Below, in pieces: positions 38,504 to 46,221 of a stretch of DNA of 64,000 nt (positions are counted from its first letter, which is position 1; each line of letters begins with the position of its first letter). The stretch comes from a virus. The DNA lies in IMG/VR virus record IMGVR_UViG_3300020205_001800, positions 1 to 64,000 of that record. One strand, written 5' to 3'. The translations under genes and the position numbers were made by a program. The notes beneath the pieces were generated by a model. The model saw nothing but the letters and a program-made list of their open reading frames with translations, was not told the origin of the DNA and searched no databases.

Positions 38504-38923
38504 ATGCGAGGGGGGGATATCTCAAACGAGGTTCCTCTCCGAGTAGCTGTGACAGTTGATTGCGTCCTTTCCCGTAGACCAACAATCAAAAAAGTATTAG
38601 GTGTCACGGTGACTGGTCAAGAGGTTACTTATAACCGTCAAGCACTTTCTTTGTTTTGGCGATTTGCAGATAAGCAGGGTTACACCCTAGAGTTGGTCGG
38701 GTTCGACTATTCACAAAAAGACATGGACAGTGTCTTGGAAGATCTTGACAACTTAGGCACTAATCCGTTTAACTACGCACATTCTTATAACGTACCGGCA
38801 GATCTAGTTGCAGAACTTCCTTATAGACCAGAATTAAAGTATGTTGTAGACATTCCAGCAAGAGCTGGTCGTTATGGATCTTGGTATTTAGACATGGAGG
38901 CGATTGCAAATGGCAGCAGATAA
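38504..38923 (+). CDS. Hypothetical protein (HAD-like fold possible)
   Basis: MRGGDISNE...VTVD; contiguous in the replication operon. Confidence 0.6.
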   Translation: MRGGDISNEVPLRVAVTVDCVLSRRPTIKKVLGVTVTGQEVTYNRQALSLFWRFADKQGYTLELVGFDYSQKDMDSVLEDLDNLGTNPFNYAHSYNVPADLVAELPYRPELKYVVDIPARAGRYGSWYLDMEAIANGSR

Positions 38924-40148
38924 TGAGGTTCGTCTCTTATCTAGAGCAATACGTACTCGTGATATCACACCGCTACTTGAAGCTGGTGTAGAAGATAACT
39001 GGTTTTTTGTAGATGAAAATAAGCAAGTGTGGCGATTCCTACGTCAACATTGGACTAAGTACGCAGAAGTTCCAACAGCAGTAACAGTTAAAGATAATTT
39101 TCCCGCCTATCGTTTATTAGCTGTAGAAGATTCTGCTGAATACTTACTAGACCAGTTAATTGAGTATCGTAAACGTCAAAGCATTATTGAAGTAGTACAA
39201 ACTTCCGCAGAAGCAATTGCTAGCGGGGATCACAACGCTGCCTTAGCTGTTATGAATCAGGGCATTGCCCGAATTGCAGACGATGGGCCATCAGAGTCTA
39301 CGGATATCGATTTAACAGAAAATGCAACACAACGTTTTGAGGAATATTTAAATATAAAGACTAGACCTAACGGTTTAATTGGTTTTGCTACAGGGTTTAA
39401 AACTATTGATCAGGCTACTGCCGGTTTACAGCCGGGACAGTTAGTGACAATTATTGCGCCACCTAAAACAGGTAAATCTGTTCTTGCAATGCAAATGGCA
39501 GTGAATGTACACCGAGACGGGTTTGTTCCGATGTTCCAATCTTTTGAAATGACAAACATGGAGCAACAGCATCGTCACGATTCCATGCGAGCTCAGATTG
39601 CACACTCTCGCCTTATTCGAGGAAACCTTAACAAGGACGAAGAAGCTAGGTACATGAAGACGTTGGAAGAAATGGAGCAGATGCACAAGTTTTACTTAAC
39701 TGATTCTGTTTCTGCTATGACCGTAACTGGACTTGCGGCAAAGATTGAAAAGATTCGTCCAGACATTGTGTTTATTGACGGCGTCTATCTTATGACCGAC
39801 GACGTTAGTGGGGAACAAAACACTCCACAAGCATTAACCAGTATCACCCGTAATTTGAAGCATTTAGCTATGGCTAAGCAACTTCCTATTGTGGTTTCTA
39901 CCCAGGTCTTGCTATGGAAGATGAAGAAACGCCAAGTGTCCGCGGATGCTATTGGTTACTCATCATCTTTTTATCAAGATTCAGATGTAATCCTTGGATT
40001 GCAAAGGCAAGATGAAGAAGACGACAGTTCTCGTGAACTTCGTATAGTTGCTAGCCGTAACTGCGGTCCAGCAACAAGTGATCTACTTTGGGACTGGGAA
40101 GAAGGGAAATTTGAAGAGTATGGATCTCCTCAATTTAAGTCCGTTTAA
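38910..40148 (+). CDS. dnaB: Replicative DnaB-like helicase
   Basis: TGF..ID..T.GLQPGQL, APPKTGKS, SFEM, IDGVYLM, STQ and QDSDV motifs; GGAGG RBS. Confidence 0.93.
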   Translation: MAADNEVRLLSRAIRTRDITPLLEAGVEDNWFFVDENKQVWRFLRQHWTKYAEVPTAVTVKDNFPAYRLLAVEDSAEYLLDQLIEYRKRQSIIEVVQTSAEAIASGDHNAALAVMNQGIARIADDGPSESTDIDLTENATQRFEEYLNIKTRPNGLIGFATGFKTIDQATAGLQPGQLVTIIAPPKTGKSVLAMQMAVNVHRDGFVPMFQSFEMTNMEQQHRHDSMRAQIAHSRLIRGNLNKDEEARYMKTLEEMEQMHKFYLTDSVSAMTVTGLAAKIEKIRPDIVFIDGVYLMTDDVSGEQNTPQALTSITRNLKHLAMAKQLPIVVSTQVLLWKMKKRQVSADAIGYSSSFYQDSDVILGLQRQDEEDDSSRELRIVASRNCGPATSDLLWDWEEGKFEEYGSPQFKSV

Positions 40149-40371
40149 CGGAAGCCAGTTATGCGCCGAGGTTGATCCGGAGTTGTTCTTTCCCGAAGAG
40201 TATGAAAACAGACTGGCAGTGCTTACTGCAAAGTCTGTTTGTAATGAATGCCCTCTAACCAGTGCATGTTTAACATACGCATTAGCTAACCCAGAACTTG
40301 ACGGTATCTGGGGAGCTACAACTCCCAGAGAGCGACGTAATATGCGTCGCCGAAAGAAGGCATCAAGATGA
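40120..40371 (+). CDS. whiB: WhiB-family Fe-S transcription factor
   Basis: C...DPELFFP...AK.VC..CP....CL.YAL...GIWG.T..ER with basic tail. Confidence 0.95.
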   Translation: MDLLNLSPFNGSQLCAEVDPELFFPEEYENRLAVLTAKSVCNECPLTSACLTYALANPELDGIWGATTPRERRNMRRRKKASR

Positions 40372-40631
40372 AAGAAATTAAAGATTTAAAGCCAAGTTAT
40401 GAAAACGCTATGGACCTTAGAGGAGAACCTACACACGTATGCGTTTGTGGATCTACCTTGTGGGATATAAAAGCTATGTTCCAAGATTACGAAATTTCTA
40501 TGTACTTTTTAGACATGGAATGTTCTGAATGTGGCTCTATGGCTACGGCACCTACGTTAGTAGATATGCCAGAAGATTACGTAATGATGGATGACCGACC
40601 TAAGGAGGAATATGATGGGGAAGAAGAGTAA
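40368..40631 (+). CDS. Zn-ribbon hypothetical protein
   Basis: CVCG...CSECG. Confidence 0.7.
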   Translation: MKEIKDLKPSYENAMDLRGEPTHVCVCGSTLWDIKAMFQDYEISMYFLDMECSECGSMATAPTLVDMPEDYVMMDDRPKEEYDGEEE

Positions 40632-40842
40632 CGAAGACGACCTACGTTCATATGGGTACATGACCCCAGGTGAATTTGTAGACGCTTTGGTTCCAGGACT
40701 TAAGGAATACTTACGACATAATTGGGGAGTTAAACCTGATGAGTTGTATCACCCAGAAGATTTGTTTTCTAACGCAGAGATCTATCTTCAAGTTGCTAGG
40801 CACGTAGCCGGTGATTTTATAGTCGCACCAAAAAGGAAGTAA
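40615..40842 (+). CDS. Hypothetical protein
   Basis: AAGGAGG RBS; abuts the primase gene. Confidence 0.65.
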   Translation: MGKKSNEDDLRSYGYMTPGEFVDALVPGLKEYLRHNWGVKPDELYHPEDLFSNAEIYLQVARHVAGDFIVAPKRK

Positions 40843-41820
40843 ATGTATAGAGAAGGGGATGTGCAGAAGGCTCTTCTGCGCTTGGGTATTCCGACCGATC
40901 AACGCAATAGTGAGTTGATCGGTATTTGCCCTATGCACTTAGAACGTACTGGGCGAGAAGACCATAACCCTTCATGGTCTATCAACCTAGAGACCGGTGT
41001 CCACCACTGCTTCTCCTGTGGATACAAAGGTACGCTCCTGACGCTTGTTGCGGAGGTTCAGGATTTTCAGACTAGCTGGGGACGTTTGGATTACGAAGCT
41101 GCTAAAACGTGGCTACGTAGTAATGTGGAGATTGATTTTGAGCTTCTATCAAAAGAACTTGAAGCATTAAAAGATTCTTACGTCTCGCCTCCTCGCCCCA
41201 TTGAGATGGGCGAGGCACGGTTAGCTGTTTATTCTGAACCTCCCCAATGGGCGTTAGAGGCACGAGGCTTAACAGCGGAAGCTTGTGCTACTTATAGAGT
41301 TATGTGGGACGCTCGCGCAGAAACTTGGATTACCCCTATCCGTAACCCAGATACTGGGAAATTACTGGGGTGGCAAGAAAAAGGACAAACAAACAGAACA
41401 TTTCGCAACCGCCCCACGGGTATAGCTAAATCTACAGCTCTATTTGGTTTAGAGGCTTGGGAACAAGGAACTATGCTTGTAGTTGAATCACCATTAGACG
41501 TAGTAAAAGTTTCTTCTGTTGGTTTTGGCCAACACACAGTGGCTACTTTTGGCGCTGTAGTGAGCGACGCTCAAGTAGAGCTTTTTCGTAAAGCTGATCG
41601 TTTAATTATGGCCTTTGATAACCCTAATATCGATGCCGCTGGCAAAAAAGCCTCACTAGCGATCTTGGCAAAAGTTAGGACGCTGGGCATGGAATGTTCG
41701 TTTTTTAACTACGGAGATTCCGGAGTTAAAGATGTTGGCGATATGACCGCAGACCGTATAAGATACGGTATAGAAAATGCTAAACACTGCGTATTCGGAG
41801 AGTCCGCAATCTACGGTTAG
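40843..41820 (+). CDS. DNA primase (CHC2 zinc finger + TOPRIM)
   Basis: CPMH...D.NPS...HCFSCG; VVES.LD, FDN..D.AG and KDVGD motifs. Confidence 0.92.
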   Translation: MYREGDVQKALLRLGIPTDQRNSELIGICPMHLERTGREDHNPSWSINLETGVHHCFSCGYKGTLLTLVAEVQDFQTSWGRLDYEAAKTWLRSNVEIDFELLSKELEALKDSYVSPPRPIEMGEARLAVYSEPPQWALEARGLTAEACATYRVMWDARAETWITPIRNPDTGKLLGWQEKGQTNRTFRNRPTGIAKSTALFGLEAWEQGTMLVVESPLDVVKVSSVGFGQHTVATFGAVVSDAQVELFRKADRLIMAFDNPNIDAAGKKASLAILAKVRTLGMECSFFNYGDSGVKDVGDMTADRIRYGIENAKHCVFGESAIYG

Positions 41821-41828
41821 GGGCAAAC

Positions 41829-42053
41829 ATGTTAGCTTATTGGTCCTGGATTCTTGTAGCTATTGGCGTATCTGGAATTTTTCTTGTAGGTCGTAAAACA
41901 ATTTGGGGTTGGCTAATCCTTTGCGTTAACGAGTGCCTTTGGATTGTTTACGCAGTAACAACAGAGCAGCATGGGTTTATTGTAGGTGCCATTATTTATG
42001 GCATGGTTTACGTAAAGTCATTCTTGCATTGGAAACGAGACGAACTCGTATGA
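41829..42053 (+). CDS. Small 3-TM membrane protein, PnuC/SemiSWEET-like
   Basis: G..L...K..WGW.......LW..YA.....G..........Y....W pattern. Confidence 0.55.
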   Translation: MLAYWSWILVAIGVSGIFLVGRKTIWGWLILCVNECLWIVYAVTTEQHGFIVGAIIYGMVYVKSFLHWKRDELV

Positions 42054-43606
42054 CTTTTACAGGCACATTACTTCCGTACCAACCGGAAGCCGTCGACGCC
42101 ATGGTCGAACGCGGAAAGATGTTGGTTGCTTATGATTTAGGGCTTGGAAAGACTGTATTGACTATTGCGGCTATCGAATCGCTGATGGACAGCGGTTCTA
42201 TCCGGGAGCCTGGTATCATTATCTGTCTTTCCAGCCTTAAGTATCAGTGGGCGGAACAAATTAGAAAGTTTACCGATGGAACTTCAACACCTCTGGTTAT
42301 CGATGGAACGCCGAAGCAACGAGCAGCGCAATACGCCGAAGCTTTTGACTGGGGGCATTCACTCGTGGATTACGTCATTATTAACTACGAGCAAGTTGTT
42401 AACGACTGGGAGTATGTACGACAGCTCGCTACGGGATTCGTTGTCTGCGACGAAGCAACCGCCATCAAAAGTTTTAGATCCAAACGATCTAAGTACGTAA
42501 AGAAACTTAGCAGCCCTTACAAGTTTGCTTTAACAGGCACCCCAGTAGAGAACGGCAAGCCTGAAGAACTATTTTCAATTATGCAGTTTGTAGATCCTAA
42601 AGTTCTTGGACGGTTTGATTTATTTGACTCAACCTTTATTGTGCGCAATCGCTTTGGCGGTGTAGAGCGCTATCGCAATCTACCCGTACTAAATAAGACT
42701 CTTAGTAAAGCATGCGTTCGCAAGCGTCAAACAGATGCAGACGTCGCACCCTTCCTTCCCGAAACCATTTTTGCGGAGCCCATTTTGGTAGAATTTGATT
42801 CAGCAGGCGCTAAGTTGTATAAATCTATTGCTAATGAGATTTTGACTGATCTTGATGAGGCGGTAGATTCTTATGGCGCAGCTTTTGATATATTCTCGCA
42901 CTACGGCCAGGCAGACCAATGGGATGGGGCCGACGCGCTACGTGGCCGGATTATGTCAAAGCTAACTGCTCTACGTATGCTTTGCGACAATCCTGAGCTA
43001 CTACAGTTCTCAATCTCTACATCGGGGTACGTTGAGGAACTATCTACTGCAGGACGCCTTGATAAGGTGAACAAAGCACCAAAGCTTTCCGCACTTAAGG
43101 AGTATGTCAACAACTTCTTAGAGTCGGATGATAGAAACAAAGTTGTTATCTTTACTAGTTATGTTCACATGGTTGATATGATTAGAGAAGCGCTAGATTA
43201 TGAAAGCCGTCCGTATACAGGAGTAATGAATGCTAAAGAAAAAGAAGAATCAAAAGTTGCTTTCCAAACCGAAGAGAGCATTCGCATCCTTGTCAGCTCT
43301 GACGCTGGGGGTTATGGTGTTGATTTACCTCAAGCTAACCTTCTTATTAATTATGATCTCCCGTGGAACGCAGGACTCGCACTTCAACGTAATGGACGAA
43401 TCCGAAGAGCCTCAAGCACCTGGCCATCTATAGTCATTCAAGACTTCCTTATGGAGGGGTCAATTGAAGAACGTCAACACTCTATGCTGGTCCAAAAAAT
43501 GGCTGTAGCTAACGCTGTAATCGACGGTGAGGGCATTAATGCGCAGGGTGGAGTAGAACTAAATGTAGGCACACTTAGGGCTTTCCTACAGAACATTACG
43601 GTTTAA
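42050..43606 (+). CDS. SNF2-family helicase
   Basis: L.PYQ, DLGLGKT, DEAT.IK, LTGTP.EN, G.GVDL..A, NYDLPWN and QR.GRI.R motifs; ATGA start at 42050. Confidence 0.93.
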   Translation: MTFTGTLLPYQPEAVDAMVERGKMLVAYDLGLGKTVLTIAAIESLMDSGSIREPGIIICLSSLKYQWAEQIRKFTDGTSTPLVIDGTPKQRAAQYAEAFDWGHSLVDYVIINYEQVVNDWEYVRQLATGFVVCDEATAIKSFRSKRSKYVKKLSSPYKFALTGTPVENGKPEELFSIMQFVDPKVLGRFDLFDSTFIVRNRFGGVERYRNLPVLNKTLSKACVRKRQTDADVAPFLPETIFAEPILVEFDSAGAKLYKSIANEILTDLDEAVDSYGAAFDIFSHYGQADQWDGADALRGRIMSKLTALRMLCDNPELLQFSISTSGYVEELSTAGRLDKVNKAPKLSALKEYVNNFLESDDRNKVVIFTSYVHMVDMIREALDYESRPYTGVMNAKEKEESKVAFQTEESIRILVSSDAGGYGVDLPQANLLINYDLPWNAGLALQRNGRIRRASSTWPSIVIQDFLMEGSIEERQHSMLVQKMAVANAVIDGEGINAQGGVELNVGTLRAFLQNITV

Positions 43607-43615
43607 AATAGTTGA

Positions 43616-43759
43616 ATGCCTAACGCACCTAAGACTCCGACACGTACGATCCGTGTCTCCGCAGACCTTTGGGCTGCCGTTAAAGAAAAGGCCGCCATTG
43701 AGGGCCGTACCGTAACAGATGTCATCATTGAGGCGCTAAAGGCGTATATCTCGGAATAA
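43616..43759 (+). CDS. Ribbon-helix-helix DNA-binding protein (47 aa)
   Basis: RTIRVSADLW.AVKEKA..EGRTVTDVI.EAL..Y; TAAAAT -10 box 6 nt upstream. Not in the ORF track. Confidence 0.82.
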   Translation: MPNAPKTPTRTIRVSADLWAAVKEKAAIEGRTVTDVIIEALKAYISE

Positions 43760-43839
43760 AACCTGAGGTAGTATTGTTATACCCAAGCTTGCCCAACACC
43801 GGGGAGCTTATTTACTAGTTATCGTCTAAGGAGATAATT

Positions 43840-44334
43840 ATGGCTATGCCTGGAGGAAATAAGGGATACCCAGATCACGACTGGACCCGTAAAGAGCAGT
43901 TCCCAGCAACACCACCAAAACCAATTACAATCCAAACTTTATTCCCAAATTTTGACCGTTGGGCTATTGGATTTGACCCTTTGCTTGAAACACTAAAAGC
44001 AATTTCATCAGACTCAAAGTTAACTTCATACCCCCCGTACAACATTTTTAAGACTAAGGACAACTATGTCTTGGAGATCGCTGCAGCTGGGTTTGCTAAA
44101 GAAGACATCAAAATCTCTGTTAAAGAACTAACATTGACCGTAGAAGGCTCCGCCCTACCGTCTGTGGATAACTATGTTCATAAAGGCATTGCATCTAGAG
44201 ACTTCAAGCAAGACTTTTGCTTAGCTGAGTACGTTGTAGTTGACGGCGCTGAGATGAAGGACGGTATGCTTAGGATCCTTCTACGTCAGGAACTTCCTGA
44301 AGAGAAGAAGCCGAAAGTAATTAAAATCTCGTAA
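43840..44334 (+). CDS. Small heat-shock protein (Hsp20/IbpA-like)
   Basis: YPPYNI, LEIA.AGF.KEDI, Y.HKGIA.R.F...F.L and A...DGML.I motifs. Confidence 0.95.
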   Translation: MAMPGGNKGYPDHDWTRKEQFPATPPKPITIQTLFPNFDRWAIGFDPLLETLKAISSDSKLTSYPPYNIFKTKDNYVLEIAAAGFAKEDIKISVKELTLTVEGSALPSVDNYVHKGIASRDFKQDFCLAEYVVVDGAEMKDGMLRILLRQELPEEKKPKVIKIS

Positions 44335-44342
44335 TTGGGATT

Positions 44343-44414
44343 TGGCCCTTAGCTCAGCGGCAGAGCGGGAAGCTGTTAACTTCTAGGTCCCTGGTTCGAT
44401 CCCAGGAGGGCCAG
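44343..44414 (+). tRNA. tRNA-Asn (GTT), CCA not encoded
   Basis: Acceptor TGGCCCT/AGGGCCA with discriminator G; D-arm GCTC/GAGC; anticodon arm GGAAG-CTGTTAA-CTTCT; T-arm CCTGG-TTCGATC-CCAGG. Confidence 0.95.
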
Positions 44415-44418
44415 CAAT

Positions 44419-44448
44419 TTGCATCATGTCAGTGGTGTGGTATATGGT
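44419..44448 (+). promoter_or_regulatory. Putative SigA-type promoter
   Basis: TTGCAT, 18-nt spacer, TATGGT; upstream of AAGGAGG and ORF 44471. Confidence 0.5.
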
Positions 44449-44470
44449 TTGATTCAAAGGAGGGCAAAAT

Positions 44471-44905
44471 ATGCCAAAAATTATTCCACCAGAACGCGTA
44501 CCCGAAACAGGTCTTGTTGCAAAGGTGCGTAAGTTTATAACTCTTAAGCGTCAAATTGATGACTTAACAAAAGAACAAGGTGCAATTAAAACAGAGCTTT
44601 CTGATTTAGTTGATACTACCGGTGAACCAGATGACAAAGGTCATCTATGGTTGCCACTACCCCAAGAGGTAGATGGTTATCGTTCTTTGCAGCGCCAAAA
44701 ACGCATTTCACAACGCCTCGATTCAGATGCAGCAGAAAAACTTCTTAAAGAAAAAGGGTTAGACTCTCGTTGCTATACACAACTTCCAGTACTGCAGGAA
44801 GATGAAGTAATGGCGTGTCTATACGAAGGCCTTCTCACAGAAGAAGAAGTTGACCTTATGTATCCAAAGAGCATTACATGGGCGTTCGTACCAAGTAAGA
44901 GCTAA
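44471..44905 (+). CDS. Hypothetical protein (coiled-coil N-terminus)
   Basis: Strong AAGGAGG RBS; first gene of the SSB/polymerase operon. Confidence 0.75.
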   Translation: MPKIIPPERVPETGLVAKVRKFITLKRQIDDLTKEQGAIKTELSDLVDTTGEPDDKGHLWLPLPQEVDGYRSLQRQKRISQRLDSDAAEKLLKEKGLDSRCYTQLPVLQEDEVMACLYEGLLTEEEVDLMYPKSITWAFVPSKS

Positions 44906-44906
44906 C

Positions 44907-45377
44907 ATGAACGACGACGCATTTGACAAGCTATTCGGCGACCTGGAAGAGTACTACCCAGGTTCAAAGCGCAAACGTCGCGCACCGGATCCAAATGCAA
45001 AGAAAAAAGAAATTTCTACACCCGGTATGTGGGATAAAGATCCCCAGGTAAAAACCTTACCTAACGGAAAGGTGCTAGAATTGTTTAGTGCGGGAGCTAT
45101 GGCTCTTGCTCTAAATAGACCGTTAGTTACTTTGAGGCTTTGGGAACGAAAAGGTTATATACCACGTGCACCCTATCGCTTAAAGTCAATGATGGTAAAT
45201 GGTGTAAAGAAGCCCGGATGGCGGATGTACAGCAGAACTATCGTCGAAGAAACTATAAAGTCGTTTCAATCTAGAGGGCTCTTAGACGCTCCTCGGATTG
45301 ATTGGAATCGAAATCCAGATCTCTCATTTGAATTAATGGAGAAATGGACTAAGATTCATGATGAAGAAACAAACTAA
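44907..45377 (+). CDS. MerR-like HTH DNA-binding protein
   Basis: FS.G..A.AL.R..VTLRLWERKGYIP...R.YS motif. Confidence 0.72.
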   Translation: MNDDAFDKLFGDLEEYYPGSKRKRRAPDPNAKKKEISTPGMWDKDPQVKTLPNGKVLELFSAGAMALALNRPLVTLRLWERKGYIPRAPYRLKSMMVNGVKKPGWRMYSRTIVEETIKSFQSRGLLDAPRIDWNRNPDLSFELMEKWTKIHDEETN

Positions 45378-45416
45378 CTACTACCTATGGCTAATGGCTA
45401 AGAAAGGAACACTCGT

Positions 45417-46142
45417 ATGAGCGTTCAACAAACTAATCCGTTCAAGGTTGCAAAAGCAGCACCAAACCTTGATTCATACGTCGATACAACTCCTACAGTA
45501 GAAGCAGAAGAGCTTCTTGTAGAAGAATTCGAAATCGAAAACGAGAACGAATCCGCTGAGCGTTCCTCATCGATTCAATCTGGTTGGGCAGCAGCAAAGA
45601 AAGCTGTAGCAAAGTCAAGCAAAACATTTGCAACTGACTTTCGCTTTGATGAGGATGTTCAGCTTATTAAGTTCATTTCATCTGATCCGCTTTCCTTTAT
45701 GCAACACTGGGTTAATCGCCCAGGCAAGAAATCATTTATCAGTACTGGCGAGGGCGATCCGCTTATCGCAGTTGGAAGCAAGCCTGATCAAAAGTTTGCA
45801 TTCACAGTGCTTAATCTTTCAGACGAAGATCCACAACTTCAGCTAATGGTTGTTGGCGTCCGTCTATGTGGACAGCTAGAGAAGTTGGCTTCTGATAAGA
45901 AGACTGGCCCACTCAACCGTCAAGATCTATACTGGGCTGTCAGCAAGTCTGGCACCGGTACAAAAACTTCATACTCAATCATGCCCGTAAAAGAGCGTGA
46001 TTTGCTAGAGGATTGGGAAATTGATCCTGTCGCAGTAACAGCAGCAACTAAGGACATGAAGCCACTTGGACCTGAGGCACTTCACACCTCTACTAATGCG
46101 GAACTTGCCGAAATTGCACGCGAAATTGCAGCAGCTAATTAG
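45417..46142 (+). CDS. Single-stranded DNA-binding protein (gp32-like), putative
   Basis: IKF, QHWV and SKSGTG.KTSY motifs; located directly before the polymerase. Confidence 0.65.
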   Translation: MSVQQTNPFKVAKAAPNLDSYVDTTPTVEAEELLVEEFEIENENESAERSSSIQSGWAAAKKAVAKSSKTFATDFRFDEDVQLIKFISSDPLSFMQHWVNRPGKKSFISTGEGDPLIAVGSKPDQKFAFTVLNLSDEDPQLQLMVVGVRLCGQLEKLASDKKTGPLNRQDLYWAVSKSGTGTKTSYSIMPVKERDLLEDWEIDPVAVTAATKDMKPLGPEALHTSTNAELAEIAREIAAAN

Positions 46143-46153
46143 TTCCCATTAAT

Positions 46154-46201
46154 GTTGGAGGGCCAGGTTTTTTACCTCCTTTCTCTTCCTGGCCCTCCGA
46201 C
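46154..46201 (+). promoter_or_regulatory. 14-bp hairpin whose 20-nt loop contains the anti-SD ACCTCCTTTCT
   Basis: GTTGGAGGGCCAGG-TTTTTTACCTCCTTTCTCTT-CCTGGCCCTCCGAC. Confidence 0.65.
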
Positions 46202-46221
46202 CCTTAGCATTTGGAGCACGC

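Noticed and set aside
44343-44414. tRNA as a prophage attachment boundary
   Set aside because: Phage genes continue on both sides; there is no integrase and no duplicated tRNA 3' end in the window.
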